Made by a program: the position numbers and the translations under genes. From positions 10,788,001 to 10,852,000 of the forward strand of contig CATNEN010000039.1 in assembly GCA_950097015.1 (NCBI GenBank): a stretch of DNA of 64,000 bases, given 5' to 3'. Below the pieces are notes generated by a model. It was not told the DNA's origin. It did not search any database and saw only the letters and a list, made by a program, of their open reading frames with translations. Shown one piece after another: positions 1-11,799 of this stretch. Every line of letters starts with the position of its first letter. Position 1 is the first letter of the stretch. This DNA is from Macrostomum hystrix. Lineage: Eukaryota; Animalia; Platyhelminthes.

Positions 1-284
1 TAAGTAGTACGTATAGCGTTTTCGGAAAAAAAGACTACTAAAATATTAAAAGTGCTATTGTTCCAAAGTACCGTTTTCTTATGTACAAGTTGGGTATTAT
101 ATAAAGCTAAAACTGACTGGCCACACTGGACACAAAACTGACTGGCTGTTTTTATTTGAACCAACTAAAAAATAAGCAAAAAATCCCGGACACTACTCGA
201 TGGTTGTGCTATCTTTAATTTCGCATCATGGAATACTAATAATAGCAATAATTGATTGAATTGATTACACCTGCCCAATCGGAT

Positions 285-520
285 CAAAAGTGCAGCCGCA
301 GCTATTGCGCGCCGCATCTGAAGGCTGCGTACAGCTGTTCAGTCCATGGACTGGGGGACGCCACACCCACCCTCAATTACCACAGCTTAGTGCTAGCAGC
401 TGCATAAATTGAATAATTTTTTAGTTAATTATCTTGCTAAAGGACACAAATTGTTTTGGTTGAGTCGGAAATCGAATCCCCGATCTTCAAGTCGTGAGTC
501 CAATGCCCTAGGCTACAACC
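285..520 (-). mobile_element. Degenerate tRNA-derived SINE with CORE-like domain
   Basis: The minus strand reads gtagcctagggcattggactcacgacttgaagatcggggattcgatttccg (tRNA-like head with B-box-like GATTCGATTTCC), then ttgtgtcctttagcaagataattaac (CORE-like TGTGTCCTTGRGCAAG). cagccgcagctattgc at ~293 recurs at 41641. Confidence 0.5.
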
Positions 521-1186
521 CTGTTATTTAAAGTATATCTTGAAAATAAAATGTCTGTTTTTAATTATTTGCCTAATTATTGGAGCTCTCCTTACTTTTT
601 TAAATTAAAACTAGATACCATAACTATTAATAAATTTTATTATCTTTCTTCCTGTCCTTACATGAGAAAAATTAGTACTTTTAGCAAATGCTTCAGAGCG
701 GATTTCGCACGCATTGGCAGCGTGACTTGGCTGGAGAATTACTTGAATGAAACCGAGAGAGAGACCCGAGGGGTTTCCCAGCTCCTACGCCAAGCTAAGC
801 GCATTCATTCATTCATTTATAAGAGCTAATTTTAGCTACTCTAAGTCGTGTCACGCGGCCGTTGCGTGTTAGCCTTATTTCAGCGCCATACTCCGTTTAC
901 GTTAACCACTTTGTTCTGGTTCTAGCCGGGTTCTCTCAATCTTCTCTCTCTTTAATGGTGGGCCCAATTTTATATTCCGCACTATAGACTTTGCGCCCTG
1001 AATTGATCTCTGGCAATTCTTCTTCAGCGTGTTCCACCCAGCGTTCAGTTGTTGCACTTTAGCCGGACAATTAAGGGTCTGGAAAATGTGTGGCATTTTC
1101 AGTTACGGCGATTTTATTAACCTGTAAATCTGCAACTTAACGATTGTCTCACGGGCCCAGAAGTAAAATTAATAGGAATTTTGAAA

Positions 1187-1410
1187 TATGGAACTACAAT
1201 CAGGGATATGGGATTTAGATCAGTGATGTGGAATTATCAACCATGGATTGGGTCTAGCGATCAGGGATGTGGAACTATCCACCAGGGATATGAAACTTAC
1301 GATCATGAATAAGGAACTATCGATCAATGATAAATAACTTTTGATGAGGGGTAAAGAACTTTCGATTGAGGATAAGGAGCTATCTATCAAGTATATGAAA
1401 CTATCTATGC
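1187..1410. repeat. Degenerate ~29-bp tandem repeat upstream of the first resolved septin exon
   Basis: Diverged copies of (c)gatcagggatatggaactat. Confidence 0.6.
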
Positions 1411-1453
1411 TGGTGCTGTGTTGAGCATGTATAATATTCTCGGTTACCCTCAG

Positions 1454-4400
1454 TCGCTGGACACTGAGTCACTGAGCGGCGCGCCCTCGCCCGCCGGCAG
1501 CGGAGGCGGCGGCAATGCCAACGCAAAAGTACAGCTCGGCTTTGCCAACCTGCCGGATCAGATGCACCGCAAGGCCGTGAAGAAGGGCTTCAATTTCACC
1601 CTGATGGTTGTTGGCGAGAGCGGCTTGGGCAAAAGCACCCTTATCAGCAGCCTGTTCCAGCAGGACCTGTACAAAGACCGCGAACTAGGCAGCGTCACGG
1701 AGCGGGTGAACAAGACCACTGAGATTGATAAGCGATGCATTGAACTGGACGAGAAAGGCGTCAAGCTCCGGCTGACTGTGGTTGACACGCCCGGCTTCAA
1801 CGATGCCATCAACTGTCAGGACTGCTGGCGACCAATTGAAGACTACATTGACAACACCTTTGAGCAGTACTTCAAGGACGAATGCGGCCTAAATAGGAAG
1901 AACATTGTGGATCATCGGGTTCACTGCTGCCTGTATTTTATTAGCCCGTGCGGTCACGGACTCAGGCCTATAGATGTTGAACTGATGCGTCGACTGCACT
2001 CCAAGGTAGGTCTCAGGTTTTAACACATTTCCCAATCCTGTTTTAGAAATAACTACAATTATCCTCGAACTTGCTTTAAACCACCTGAGATAGGATCACA
2101 GCTGTGAACATTGTTACTTCTTCCAGGTGAACATTGTCCCAATCATCGCCAAGGCGGACACCCTGACCCAGACTGAATTGCGCGAACTCAAAGACCGAGT
2201 GCTCGCTGATCTGGACCGGCACAAGATACAGACCTACCGGATGCCCGACACCGACTCAGACGACGACGAAGAAACCCGGCGACAGGAGTCCGACATTCGA
2301 GCCTGCATTCCATTCTCTGTCATTGGCAGCAACTGCGTGGTGGAATCGGCCGATACTGGACGGCGCACCCGCGGGCGGCAATATCCCTGGGGCGTAGTTG
2401 AGGTATTTGAGGGATCTTGAAAATGGGATCTACGATACAGAATCTTGAAATGGGATCTACGAGTTGGGATCGGGTAAATGGGATCAGCGAGTTGGGATAG
2501 TGTAAATGGGATCTACGAGTTTGGAATGGTGTAAATGGGATCTGTGAGTTGGGATCGTGTAAGTGGGATCTGTGAGTGGGATCGTGTAAGTGGGATCTGC
2601 GAGTTGGGATCGTGTAAATGGGATCAACGAGTTGGGATCCTGTAAATGGGATCTGCGAGATGGGATCTGCGAGTTGATAGCAAATGCGGGAACCCCAAAG
2701 TTGTGAACATTAAGCTTGTCTGCTCACAGCCAACTTATTGTTGTAACGTACGTATCATTAATACTTAGGCGCGTAAAAATGTGAACTTTACTAACGAAAC
2801 ATCCTTTTATCCTTTTCAGGTCGAGAATCCCAAGCACTGCGACTTTGCCAAGCTGCGTGTATTCCTACTAGGCACTCACATGCAGGACCTCAAAGACATC
2901 ACCAAGGAGGTACACTACGAGAATTACAGAGCCAAATACATCACCGAGCGAATGTCCAAACGGAAGGGTGCCGTCAGGGACGATTTTGAGACACGAAAGT
3001 GCGTTAACATCTCAGGGTCACGGTTTTGAGGTGTCGTTGAAGGTTCTCCGGGTCATGGTTTTGAGCTGTCGTTGTAGGTTCTCAGGGTCACGGTTTTGAG
3101 GTGTCGTTGAAGGTTCTCCGGGTCATGGTTTTGAGCTGTCGTTGTAGGTTCTCAGGGTCATGGTTTTGAGCTGTCGCTGCAGGTTCTCAGGGTCATGGTT
3201 TTGAGCTGTCGTTGTAGGTTCTCAGGGTCACGGTTTTGAGCTGTCCTAGCAGGTTCTCAGGGTCATGGTTTTGAGCTGTCGTTGTAGGTTCTCAGGGTCA
3301 TGGTTTTGAGCTGTCGTTGTAGGTTCTCAGGGTCATGGTTTTGAGCTGTCGCTGCAGGTTCTCAGGGTCATGGTTTTGAGCTGTCGTTGAAGGTTCTCAG
3401 GGTCACGGTTTTGAGCTGTCCTAGAAGGTTCTCAGGGTCACGGTTTTGAGGTGTCGTTGAAGGTTCTCAGGGTCATGGTTTTGAGCTGTCGCTGCAGGTT
3501 CTCAGGGTCATGGTTTTGAGCTGTCGCTGCAGGTTCTCAGGGTCATGGTTTTGAGCTGTCGTTGCAGTTTCTCAGGGTCATGGTTTTGAACTGCTATGGC
3601 AATAAAATGCTAGTTATGTATCGAGTTTCGCGTCTAACTTTTTGGCATCTGTTCTGATTTTACTCCAGGAGCAAGAACACCACGGAGGCTAACTTTGAGG
3701 CTCTTGTTGATGCCGAAGGTCTTCTAAAAGAGAAAGATGACGAGGTAAAAAGTTATTGTTTTTACTTTTGTTGCTTTTATTTGTCCAGGTTTGTCCAGGT
3801 ATTCGATTTCTAATGAGATTTAGGACTTGAAAAAAACTGTCACGCTTAATAGGCGTGCACAGTCGGCAGTTTTGTTCTATACTTAGTAACACGGGCTTCA
3901 CCTGCCACGGATTTGGGTGCCTCCTATAAGTGCACATTTGTCTTGATAGTCGTGCGGTTGGCCTGGTCTCGGTTCAAAGTCTGTCTGTTAGTTTAAAAGT
4001 GACCGTTAATTTTCAATTAATAGATAAAGTCTAGGCCCTGCTTGTTAAATCCCCAGTTCGGCGAGGATCCATACGGTAAACTGCCAAAGTAAATATCAGC
4101 CATAGGCAAACATAGCTGACGGAAAATTTCCTTATTTGTTCCTCCTGTTTTCAATTCATTCCAGTTATTTATTTTTTTCTTTTTTATCGGCCAGTCACTT
4201 GACTTAAAGTGAACGAGTCTAAACTGAATTCTTAATTGTGAAAGCACAGGTGAGGGGACAGGGCCATCCCATTAAAGCACAGGTGAGGGGACAGGGCCAT
4301 CCCTTAAAAGCACAGGTGAAGGGACAGGGCCATCCAATTAAAGCACAGGTGAGGGGACAGGGCCATCCAATTAAAGCACAGGTGAGGGGACAGGGCCATC

Positions 4401-5051
4401 CAATTAAAGCACAGGTGAGGGGACAGGGCCATCCAATTAAAGCACAGGTGAGGGGACAGGGCCATCCAATTAAAGCACAGGTGAGGGGACAGGGCCATCC
4501 CTTAAAAGCACAGGTGAAGGGACAGGGCCATCCAATTAAAGCACAGGTGAGGGGACAGGGCCATCCAATTAAAGCACAGGTGAGGGGACAGGGCCATCCC
4601 TTAAAAGCACAGGTGAAGGGACAGGGCCATCCAATTAAAGCACAGGTGAGGGGACAGGGCCATCCAATTAAAGCACAGGTGAGGGGACAGGGCCATCCAA
4701 TTAAAGCACAGGTAAGGGGACAGGGCCATCCCATTGAAGCACATGTGAGGGGACAGGGCCATCTAATTAAAGCACAGGTGAGGGGATATCAGGAGTTAGT
4801 GTATCACGGGACAGCGCCCTTCAACCGTGTTCGAACCCGGGCCCTCCTATCAGATTCGCCGAATGCAGCAGCTTCTTCAGCAACTTCAGCAGAACTCGTC
4901 GGGTCGTTCAGCCTCGGCTGTTTCTGGGGCCGCAGCTGGCGCAGGCGGTGCTGGGAACAATGCAGCTGGAGACGCGGTGGCAACCAATGGCAGCGCTGGT
5001 TTGGCTAGCACAGGCGCGCCCAATGCCTCTGCAAACGGTCAGGACGCCTGA
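1454..5051 (+). CDS. Septin, SEPT2-group-like (5'-incomplete model)
   Basis: Exons 1454-2005, 2127-2402, 2820-2998, 3669-3744, 4854-5051, all GT-AG and phase-consistent. Motifs: G1 GESGLGKS, G3 DTPG, G4 [39 protein letters not shown]-terminal coiled coil [18 protein letters not shown]. The start-codon exon was not identified. Confidence 0.93.
2420..2675. repeat. Degenerate ~28-29-bp minisatellite in septin intron
   Basis: (gtaaatgggatctgcgagttgggatcgt)n with diverged ends. Confidence 0.8.
3011..3590. repeat. 35-bp minisatellite in septin intron (~16 copies)
   Basis: (ctcagggtcatggttttgagctgtcgttgtaggtt)n, no unique spacers. Confidence 0.95.
4241..4786. repeat. 33-bp minisatellite in last septin intron (~16 copies)
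   Basis: (aaagcacaggtgaggggacagggccatccaatt)n. Confidence 0.95.
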
Positions 5052-5685
5052 GCTGCTGATTTAAAACATGAATCTAATTTGTTTTGAAATGCACATTTTT
5101 TTGGAATCCTATAGGCCTTCGAAATCTCTGCCCAGTGTTCGCAGTGAGTGCAAATTATTTATGCAATAAATCAACCATATTTCTATTGCCTTTAAGACTG
5201 CTTTTCTCTTGCTTTTATAGTTTAAAATGCTTCTTTTTTTCCTAACATGTATGGGCCAGCAATCGCTCTGCTTCAAGCGGCTTGTTATGCACAATAAGTC
5301 AATAGCGCCGTAGAGCGTTCTATATTAAAATGCTAAAAATAAACTCTATCTTATTTTTACTGCAGTCGCGTTGTTCAAATAATTTAATTGAATCGAATTC
5401 GTTTACAAGAAGAAGAATTGGTCCACTTTTAGCATGCTTTTCTGCTTCACTTTTTATGCGGAACAGTTAAAATTGAGTCTGAGTAAATGTTAACTTTGTC
5501 ACTTCTCGTTGTCGCCATTGTCTAGTCTTAATTTGCTTTATTTTCCTTTAAATCTCAATTTTCCATTCGACTTTGTCATGCAATTTGATTAAAATTATTT
5601 TCGAATATTTGCAAGTCCGTTTTAAACGAAATGAATTCTTAAAAACGATAATGTTCTTAGGAGCCTGTCCTTATCCACGTCAAGC

Positions 5686-6051
5686 CCTCTGAGATTCCCT
5701 CTTCTACCCCTCTGAGATTCCCTCTTCCATCCCTCTGAGATTCCCTCTGAGATTCCCTCTTCCATCCCTCTGAGATTCCCTCTTCCCTCCCTCTGAGATT
5801 CCCTCTTCCATCCCTCTGAGATTCCCTCTTCCCTCCCTCTGAGATTCCCTCTTCCCTCCCTCTGAGATTCCCTCTTCCCTCCCTCTGAGATTCCCTCTTG
5901 CCTCCCTCTGAGATTCCCTCTTCCCTCCCTCTGAGATTCCCTCTGAGATTCCCTCTGAGATTCCCTCTGAGATTCCCTCTTCCCTCCCTCTGAGATTCCC
6001 TCTCCTACCCCTCTGAGATTCCCTCTCCTATCCCTCTGAGATTCCCTCTTC
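5686..6051. repeat. Pyrimidine-rich ~12/23-bp minisatellite downstream of septin
   Basis: (ctctgagattccctcttccctcc)n and (ctctgagattcc)n. Confidence 0.9.
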
Positions 6052-7994
6052 CAGTCTGGTGCAATGTAATTCAAAACTCCAGAACAAATCTTCATTTTTG
6101 TAACTGCGCTTTTTAGCCCAGTTTATATTTTTATGAAGTTGCTTAGTTGCTAAGCAGTTTTTATTTGCTTAGTCTTCTATCGACTATTTTCCTTTATTCA
6201 TTAATTAAAGCTGAGAACTCTGTTCTTGGTAATTTTCTCCTGTCCCGTGCTTGTGTTTAATGGAGGTCTATAAACCAATCTGAGCTAAATTGATCTCCAT
6301 GGCTTTAACTGTCAGCTTGTTGCCAGGCTGGTTTCAAAGCTTTCCTGTACTGTAGTTCGCGCCGTGCCGTTTTGAAACATGAATTTCATAATTGCTATAA
6401 TGCTTATTTAATGCACGCCCCTTGTGTATTGTGTATTACTGTACTAAATACAGCTGCTCTGATCGCAATAGTCCAGTTTATTATTATTACTATTATTAAC
6501 AAGCGTTTTATTGTCGTGGTTTAAGCCAGAAAAAATCTATTGCTTTTATAAATCCGTTTTTCATCTTAAAATTTGAAGATGGTGGGTGAAGGCGGGAGTA
6601 ACAATGCATTCATAAAAGATAGCCGATGCTTCGTCATATACGTAATATGCTCGTAATTACTTCTACATTCATTCATTGACATAATCTCTGAATCCGCTCT
6701 TGTCTGCCAACCGCCCGCCCCTCCTCCAGTAGTAATTTTCCAACGCTCAACTCTTTTATTCTTGGCTTCACAATGGAAGAAAACTTTTTGCCTCCATTGG
6801 CGAGACTGCAAAAAAGGAAACACATTCAAGACGTTCTAGCCTTGCTTCGATCACGCAGGATCAGCATGCGTTTGTCAACCAAACCAACCAAATAGATTCA
6901 AATCTTGGGATATGATCTGCGGAGCGTCCTTCTCTCGCACCAAGGTCCGAATCCGCGGTGGGGCCACACTAATTTGGGGGCTTGTCATGCAAATGAGACT
7001 GTACCCACCTCCGTGTTTGTGCCTGTACGTGTCCTCAGGGTCAGCGGAATGTGGAAAACTGCCACCTTGGTCGACTGTCGCTAAATGATTGGAGCTATAT
7101 AGCCCCTCATGGGATTTTTGTGATTTGAGTAGTTCCTATCTATTATTTTCTTTTCGGAAGTGACTCAAGCTTCAAAATATTTAAATACAGGCCCTAAACG
7201 AAGTAAGTGAAATATTACGCATAAGAAGGGAGCCGGACTTGTTGTCAAAATATATTTATGTTGACCAAAACTACGTGGAAAATTCTGGCGTCCTTCACTT
7301 GCCCCACCCTTGTCCAGTCAGCGTTAAATAAAAGTTTGCGAAATCGACTGTATTACTTGCTTTGTCTTTTTTACTAGCCGTACATTTTAAGAAACAAACC
7401 TTTGTTGTGCTTTTGGTTGCTATTGGAGTCTTTTTGTTTGTAGCATAGTCTTCGAGCGGATTTACAATCGAATGATGAAAAGTATGCCTTATTGCATGGT
7501 GTACATTCACACTCTGTCAGCACTCTAATGGCTTGATTCCAAATGCGGTCCAATGTACAAACAAGGGCCTGAAGGCCGAATTAGCGAGGCGGTGTTATTC
7601 CCGCAGTGGAAGACCCCAGTTGGAATTTCCCACTGTGCCCACTGTCCCCGCGGGCCGCGCGTGACGGGTGGGGTTAAGCAGTTTGCGCTGGAACGCCGGC
7701 TATAAATAAATCAACAGCCCTTAGCTAAATTCGTGGCCAGCAGGAATTTCCCAGCGTTACCATGACTGCCAAGGTCACGTCTGGGGGTCTGTCTCCTCCG
7801 AGCCCCGTGGCGCGTTCATCTTTGTCCCCCGCGCCCACCCCACCTCCTGTTTTCGATGTCTATTTATTGAGAAGCCCCGGGCCCGCAGCTTGCCTCGTCT
7901 TCCTCGCAAAACTCAGCCTCTAGCCAAAGCTAGTAGAACTCACAGCCTTCGAGTTTCCACTCTATCAAGCGGTTCTAAAGCTATCATTGACCAA

Positions 7995-10983
7995 ATGGCA
8001 CCTACTCCGGTATCGGCGCACGATGTGTCGCAGAAGCACAAGCGAGTGGTGAACTTCTCAGCTGGCCCGTCCAAGCTTCCTGACAGTGTAAGCCTACTTT
8101 ATATATTCATGTAGTTTATGCATACGCTGCGTTGCCAATCAGGCATCTAGATGCACATTGTTAAAGTGCTATATATAAAACAGTGGTACCCTAACAAGTA
8201 CGAGTAGTAACTTATTCTCTCTTTTTCTTTGCCGTGGAGTTCGGGCAATCTCTACTTGCTTGTTTCTTAATAGGGTCAATGGCTACTTTGTTATGTTAAG
8301 CTTCTATATGGCTTTAATGGGATTTCTAATGATTTCTCCCATCTCTAAGGGCAGTTTATCGATAGTGTTTCCGGCTGCTAAATTTAGCCACAGTCGATGA
8401 GAAAATTGGCCAATTATGCGAAATTTTTGTTGCTACCATCAGCAAATAATTGTCCGAACTTTGAATCCTCTGTATGGGTCATTATATGCAACAATTCTAT
8501 GCTGTTCTGTGGGGGGAGAAATTTCCCATAGCAGAATTTGACGTCGTTGCATCCCAAAATGAGTGATCGAAGGCCAACCAGTACTAAGCGAAACTGGGAT
8601 TGTTTGTGATTTGGGATTTTTAACTGCCAAGGAAAGCAAAACAGACTAGTTCTCGCTTCAAATTACTTCACATTGCGATGGAATGGGAAATGCCATCCAT
8701 TGCACTAGACATTGTGCAAAGTCTACCTCGTGAACTCATATCGCCGCCAACTACACTTTGCCTCCTCGCAGGTGCTTCAACGCGCCCAAGAGGAGATGCT
8801 GAACTTCAAGGACACGGGCTCGAGCGTGATGGAATTGTCGCATCGCGGCAAGGCCTTCAAATCAGTGATTACTGAGGCCGAACAGCTCACTAGACAGCTG
8901 CTCAATGTGCCAGATAACTTTCGCATCCTGTTCATGCAGGGCGGCGGCTGCGGCCAGTTCTCTGCTGTGCCCCTGAACCTTGCCGGTGAGTGCTGTACTT
9001 CTTCTGGTCCTTCAATCGGGGTTTCAATAGACACCTCGTTCTTTCAATCACCGAATTCATAAAAATAATTCATTTGTCTCCAATTCGCAGGCAGTCCCAA
9101 TGCCACAGCTGATTACATCATCAGCGGCAAATGGTCCGAGGCGGCAGCCAACGAGGCCGAGAAGTACTGCCGCGTCAGGAAAGTGCACCCGCCGAGGCCC
9201 AGCAACGCCGCCGACTCAGACGTCAGTGACGCCGACAGCGACGAAGAAAGCTGGGCGGAACTGTCCGAGGACGCCGCCTACGTGTACATGTGCGACAATG
9301 AGACGGTGGACGGCGTTGAGTTTCGCAATCCGCCGCGCACCCCTCCAGGCGTGCCGCTGGTGGCCGACATGTCGTCGAACCTCATGAGCCGACCGATTGA
9401 CTTCAGTCGCTACGGCTTGATTTTTGCCGGCGCTCAGAAGAATCTTGGACCGGCTGGCGTCACCGTGGTCATTGTGCGCGACGACCTGTTGGATAGTCGA
9501 GCTCTGCCCTACTGTCCCAGCGTGCTCAGCTATCATGTTAGTTCCAACCGCTTGTTGAGCTCTCTCATGCCGTGTGATTTCTAGGAAACATAAATATATA
9601 TAATTATACCTTCACTGACTGAATTGCATTCCAGATGACCAACCGAAACGAGTCCCTGTACAATACGCCGCCAACCTACAGCATCTACGTCACCGGCCTG
9701 GTGCTGCAGTGGGTTCGCGACGCTGGCGGTGTCGCCCGCATGCAGGAGCTGGCAAATGATAAATCCGGCCTGCTGTACGATTTGATTGACAACTCCAACG
9801 GCTTCTACTAGTGAGTCTGCAAGAGACAGACCCCAGATCCTAGTCTCATCATGCTTGATAATGATATCTTCAGGACAAGAGATAGATCCCAGACTCCTGA
9901 AGGTATCTTCAGGTCAAGAGACGGGCCCCAGATCCCAGACTCCTGAAGGTATCTTCAGGTCTAGAGACGGGCCCCAGATCCCAAACTCCTGAAGGTATCT
10001 TCAGGTCAAGAGACGGACCCCAGATCCCAGACTCCTGAAGGTATCTTCAGGTCAAGAGACGGGCCCCAGATCCCAAACTCCTGAAGGTATCTTCAGGTCA
10101 AGAGACGGGCCCCAGGTCCCAGACTCCTGAAGGTATCTTCAGGTCAAGAGACGGGCCCCAGGTCACAGACTCCTGAAGGTATCTTCAGGTCAAGAGACGG
10201 GCCCCAGGTCACAGACTCCTGAAGGTATCTTCAGGTCAAGAGACGGGCCACAGATCCCAGACTCCTGAAGGTATCTTCAGGTCAAGAGACGGGCCCCAGG
10301 TCCCAGACTCCTGAAGGTATCTTCAGGTCAAGAGACGGACCCCAGATCCCAGACTCCTGAAGGTATCTTCAGGTCAAGAGACGGGCCACAGATCCTAGAC
10401 TCCTGAAGGTATCTTCAGGTCAAGAGACGGGCCACAGATCCCAAACTCCTGAAGGTATCTTCAGGTCAAGAGACGGGCCACAGATCCTAGACTCCTGAAG
10501 GTATCTTCAGGTCAAGAGACGGGCCACAGATCCCAGACTCCTGAAGGTATCTTCAGGTCAAGAGACGGGCCCCAGATCCCAAACTCCTGAAGGTATCTTC
10601 AGGTCAAGAGACGGGCCACAGATCCTAGACTCCTGAAGGTATCTTCAGGTCAAGAGACGGGCCACAGATCCCAGACTCCTGAAGCTTACTATCTTCAGGC
10701 TCATGATAAATCGCTTCATTTCGTCACCCACCGCAGCTGCCCGGTGGACAAGTGCTGCCGCTCTCGCATGAACATTGTGTTCCGCATCTCTGGCGGCGAG
10801 GCCGCTGAGAAGCGGTTCACCGAGGAGGCGACAAAGCAGGGCCTCACTAACCTGGAGGGCCACCGGTCAGTGGGCGGCATGCGAGCCTCTCTATATAACG
10901 CGGTGACCCTGGCCGAGACCAGAGCTTTGGCCAGCTTTATGCGCGAATTCGCCAAGCGAATGGGCGCCGATTTGACCTGCTAA
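7995..10983 (+). CDS. PSAT1: Phosphoserine aminotransferase (~391 aa)
   Basis: Exons 7995-8087, 8772-8985, 9091-9536, 9635-9810, 10737-10983, phase-consistent. Motifs: NFSAGPSKLP, SVMELSHR, LFMQGGG, NETVDGVEF, ADMSSN, PLP-lysine AGAQKNLGPAG, SLYNTPP, RSRMN, GHRSVGGMRASLYNA. Confidence 0.96.
9865..10700. repeat. 46-bp minisatellite in last PSAT1 intron (~18 copies)
   Basis: (aggtatcttcaggtcaagagacgggccccagatcccagactcctga)n. Confidence 0.95.
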
Positions 10984-11799
10984 ACTGCCCGGCCAATCTT
11001 TTTATTTACAACTGTTAAAATCCATTTTACCAGAGGGGTTAGTAAAAGGCGGGAGTAACTATCCGTAATGTTTTGATTTAAAAATGCCTCGCCATATTAT
11101 TAGAATAGTGAAAGTTTTTATTCTAAGCACACAATATAATTCAGAGTTAGGGCTAAGAACAAGTCCTCACCCGACTGCATACTAAATTTTTCAGCTCATT
11201 CTCAACATTATTTCAGTCTATATGGCTAGTTTTCTACTACTCATATTAGTATATTGTTGTCTTTATTATATTATAAATCAAAGAGCAAGTAAGAAAAAGC
11301 CGGTTTATCTCAAATTTCTCGCTTGCTCTTTCAATGCAACAATGCTAATTTACTCTCATAATACAACTATTGCCTTTATTTACTAAGCGCTCATTCTCCG
11401 CCGTCTATGCTACTGCCAGTAACATCTTGCGCAATCGATTCACTGCCGCGTCGAATATATTTTTGTTGTTTCATTGACGTACTCTCTCCTGGCTGTTATA
11501 AAATTCCTGCTAAAAGTGTGCAAAAACACTGTGACATTCGGTGATTGCTGTTAAATTTGATTAATCCTGCACTTTAAAGCTGCGTTACTTACTAGCCATG
11601 TTAGCGGCTTAGCGACCAAGCCTGGTTTGTGAGGCGAGCAAATATATGTTATGGAGAAAGACAGTTTTAAGCTGAGGCTTGTTCGCAACTCTCCTACAGA
11701 GATTCGCTGCTTCTAAAAATATGCTGTGAATTCATTTCTCTTCTACTTTTAACTGCCTGATTTCTGGCCCATCTGGTCTTTCTGATCACTACTTTCGTC

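Noticed and set aside
685-800. Possible upstream septin exon (RADFARIGSVTWLENYLNETERETRG)
   Set aside because: It looks coding-like, but I found no convincing canonical donor or in-frame start, so it is left out of the model.
3011-3590. gttttgagctgtcgttgt resembles the start of type II-A CRISPR repeats
   Set aside because: The units are head-to-tail with no unique spacers, lie inside a spliceosomal intron, and there are no cas genes.
4825-4853. B-box-like gggttcgaac on the minus strand near the septin acceptor (tRNA gene?)
   Set aside because: No cloverleaf or A-box is recognisable; too short to call.
4238-5008. 256-aa [14 protein letters not shown]
   Set aside because: A 33-bp intronic array running out of frame into the last septin exon.
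6920-7110. Possible SINE-like segment upstream of PSAT1
   Set aside because: Only a weak B-box-like motif and no second copy in the window.
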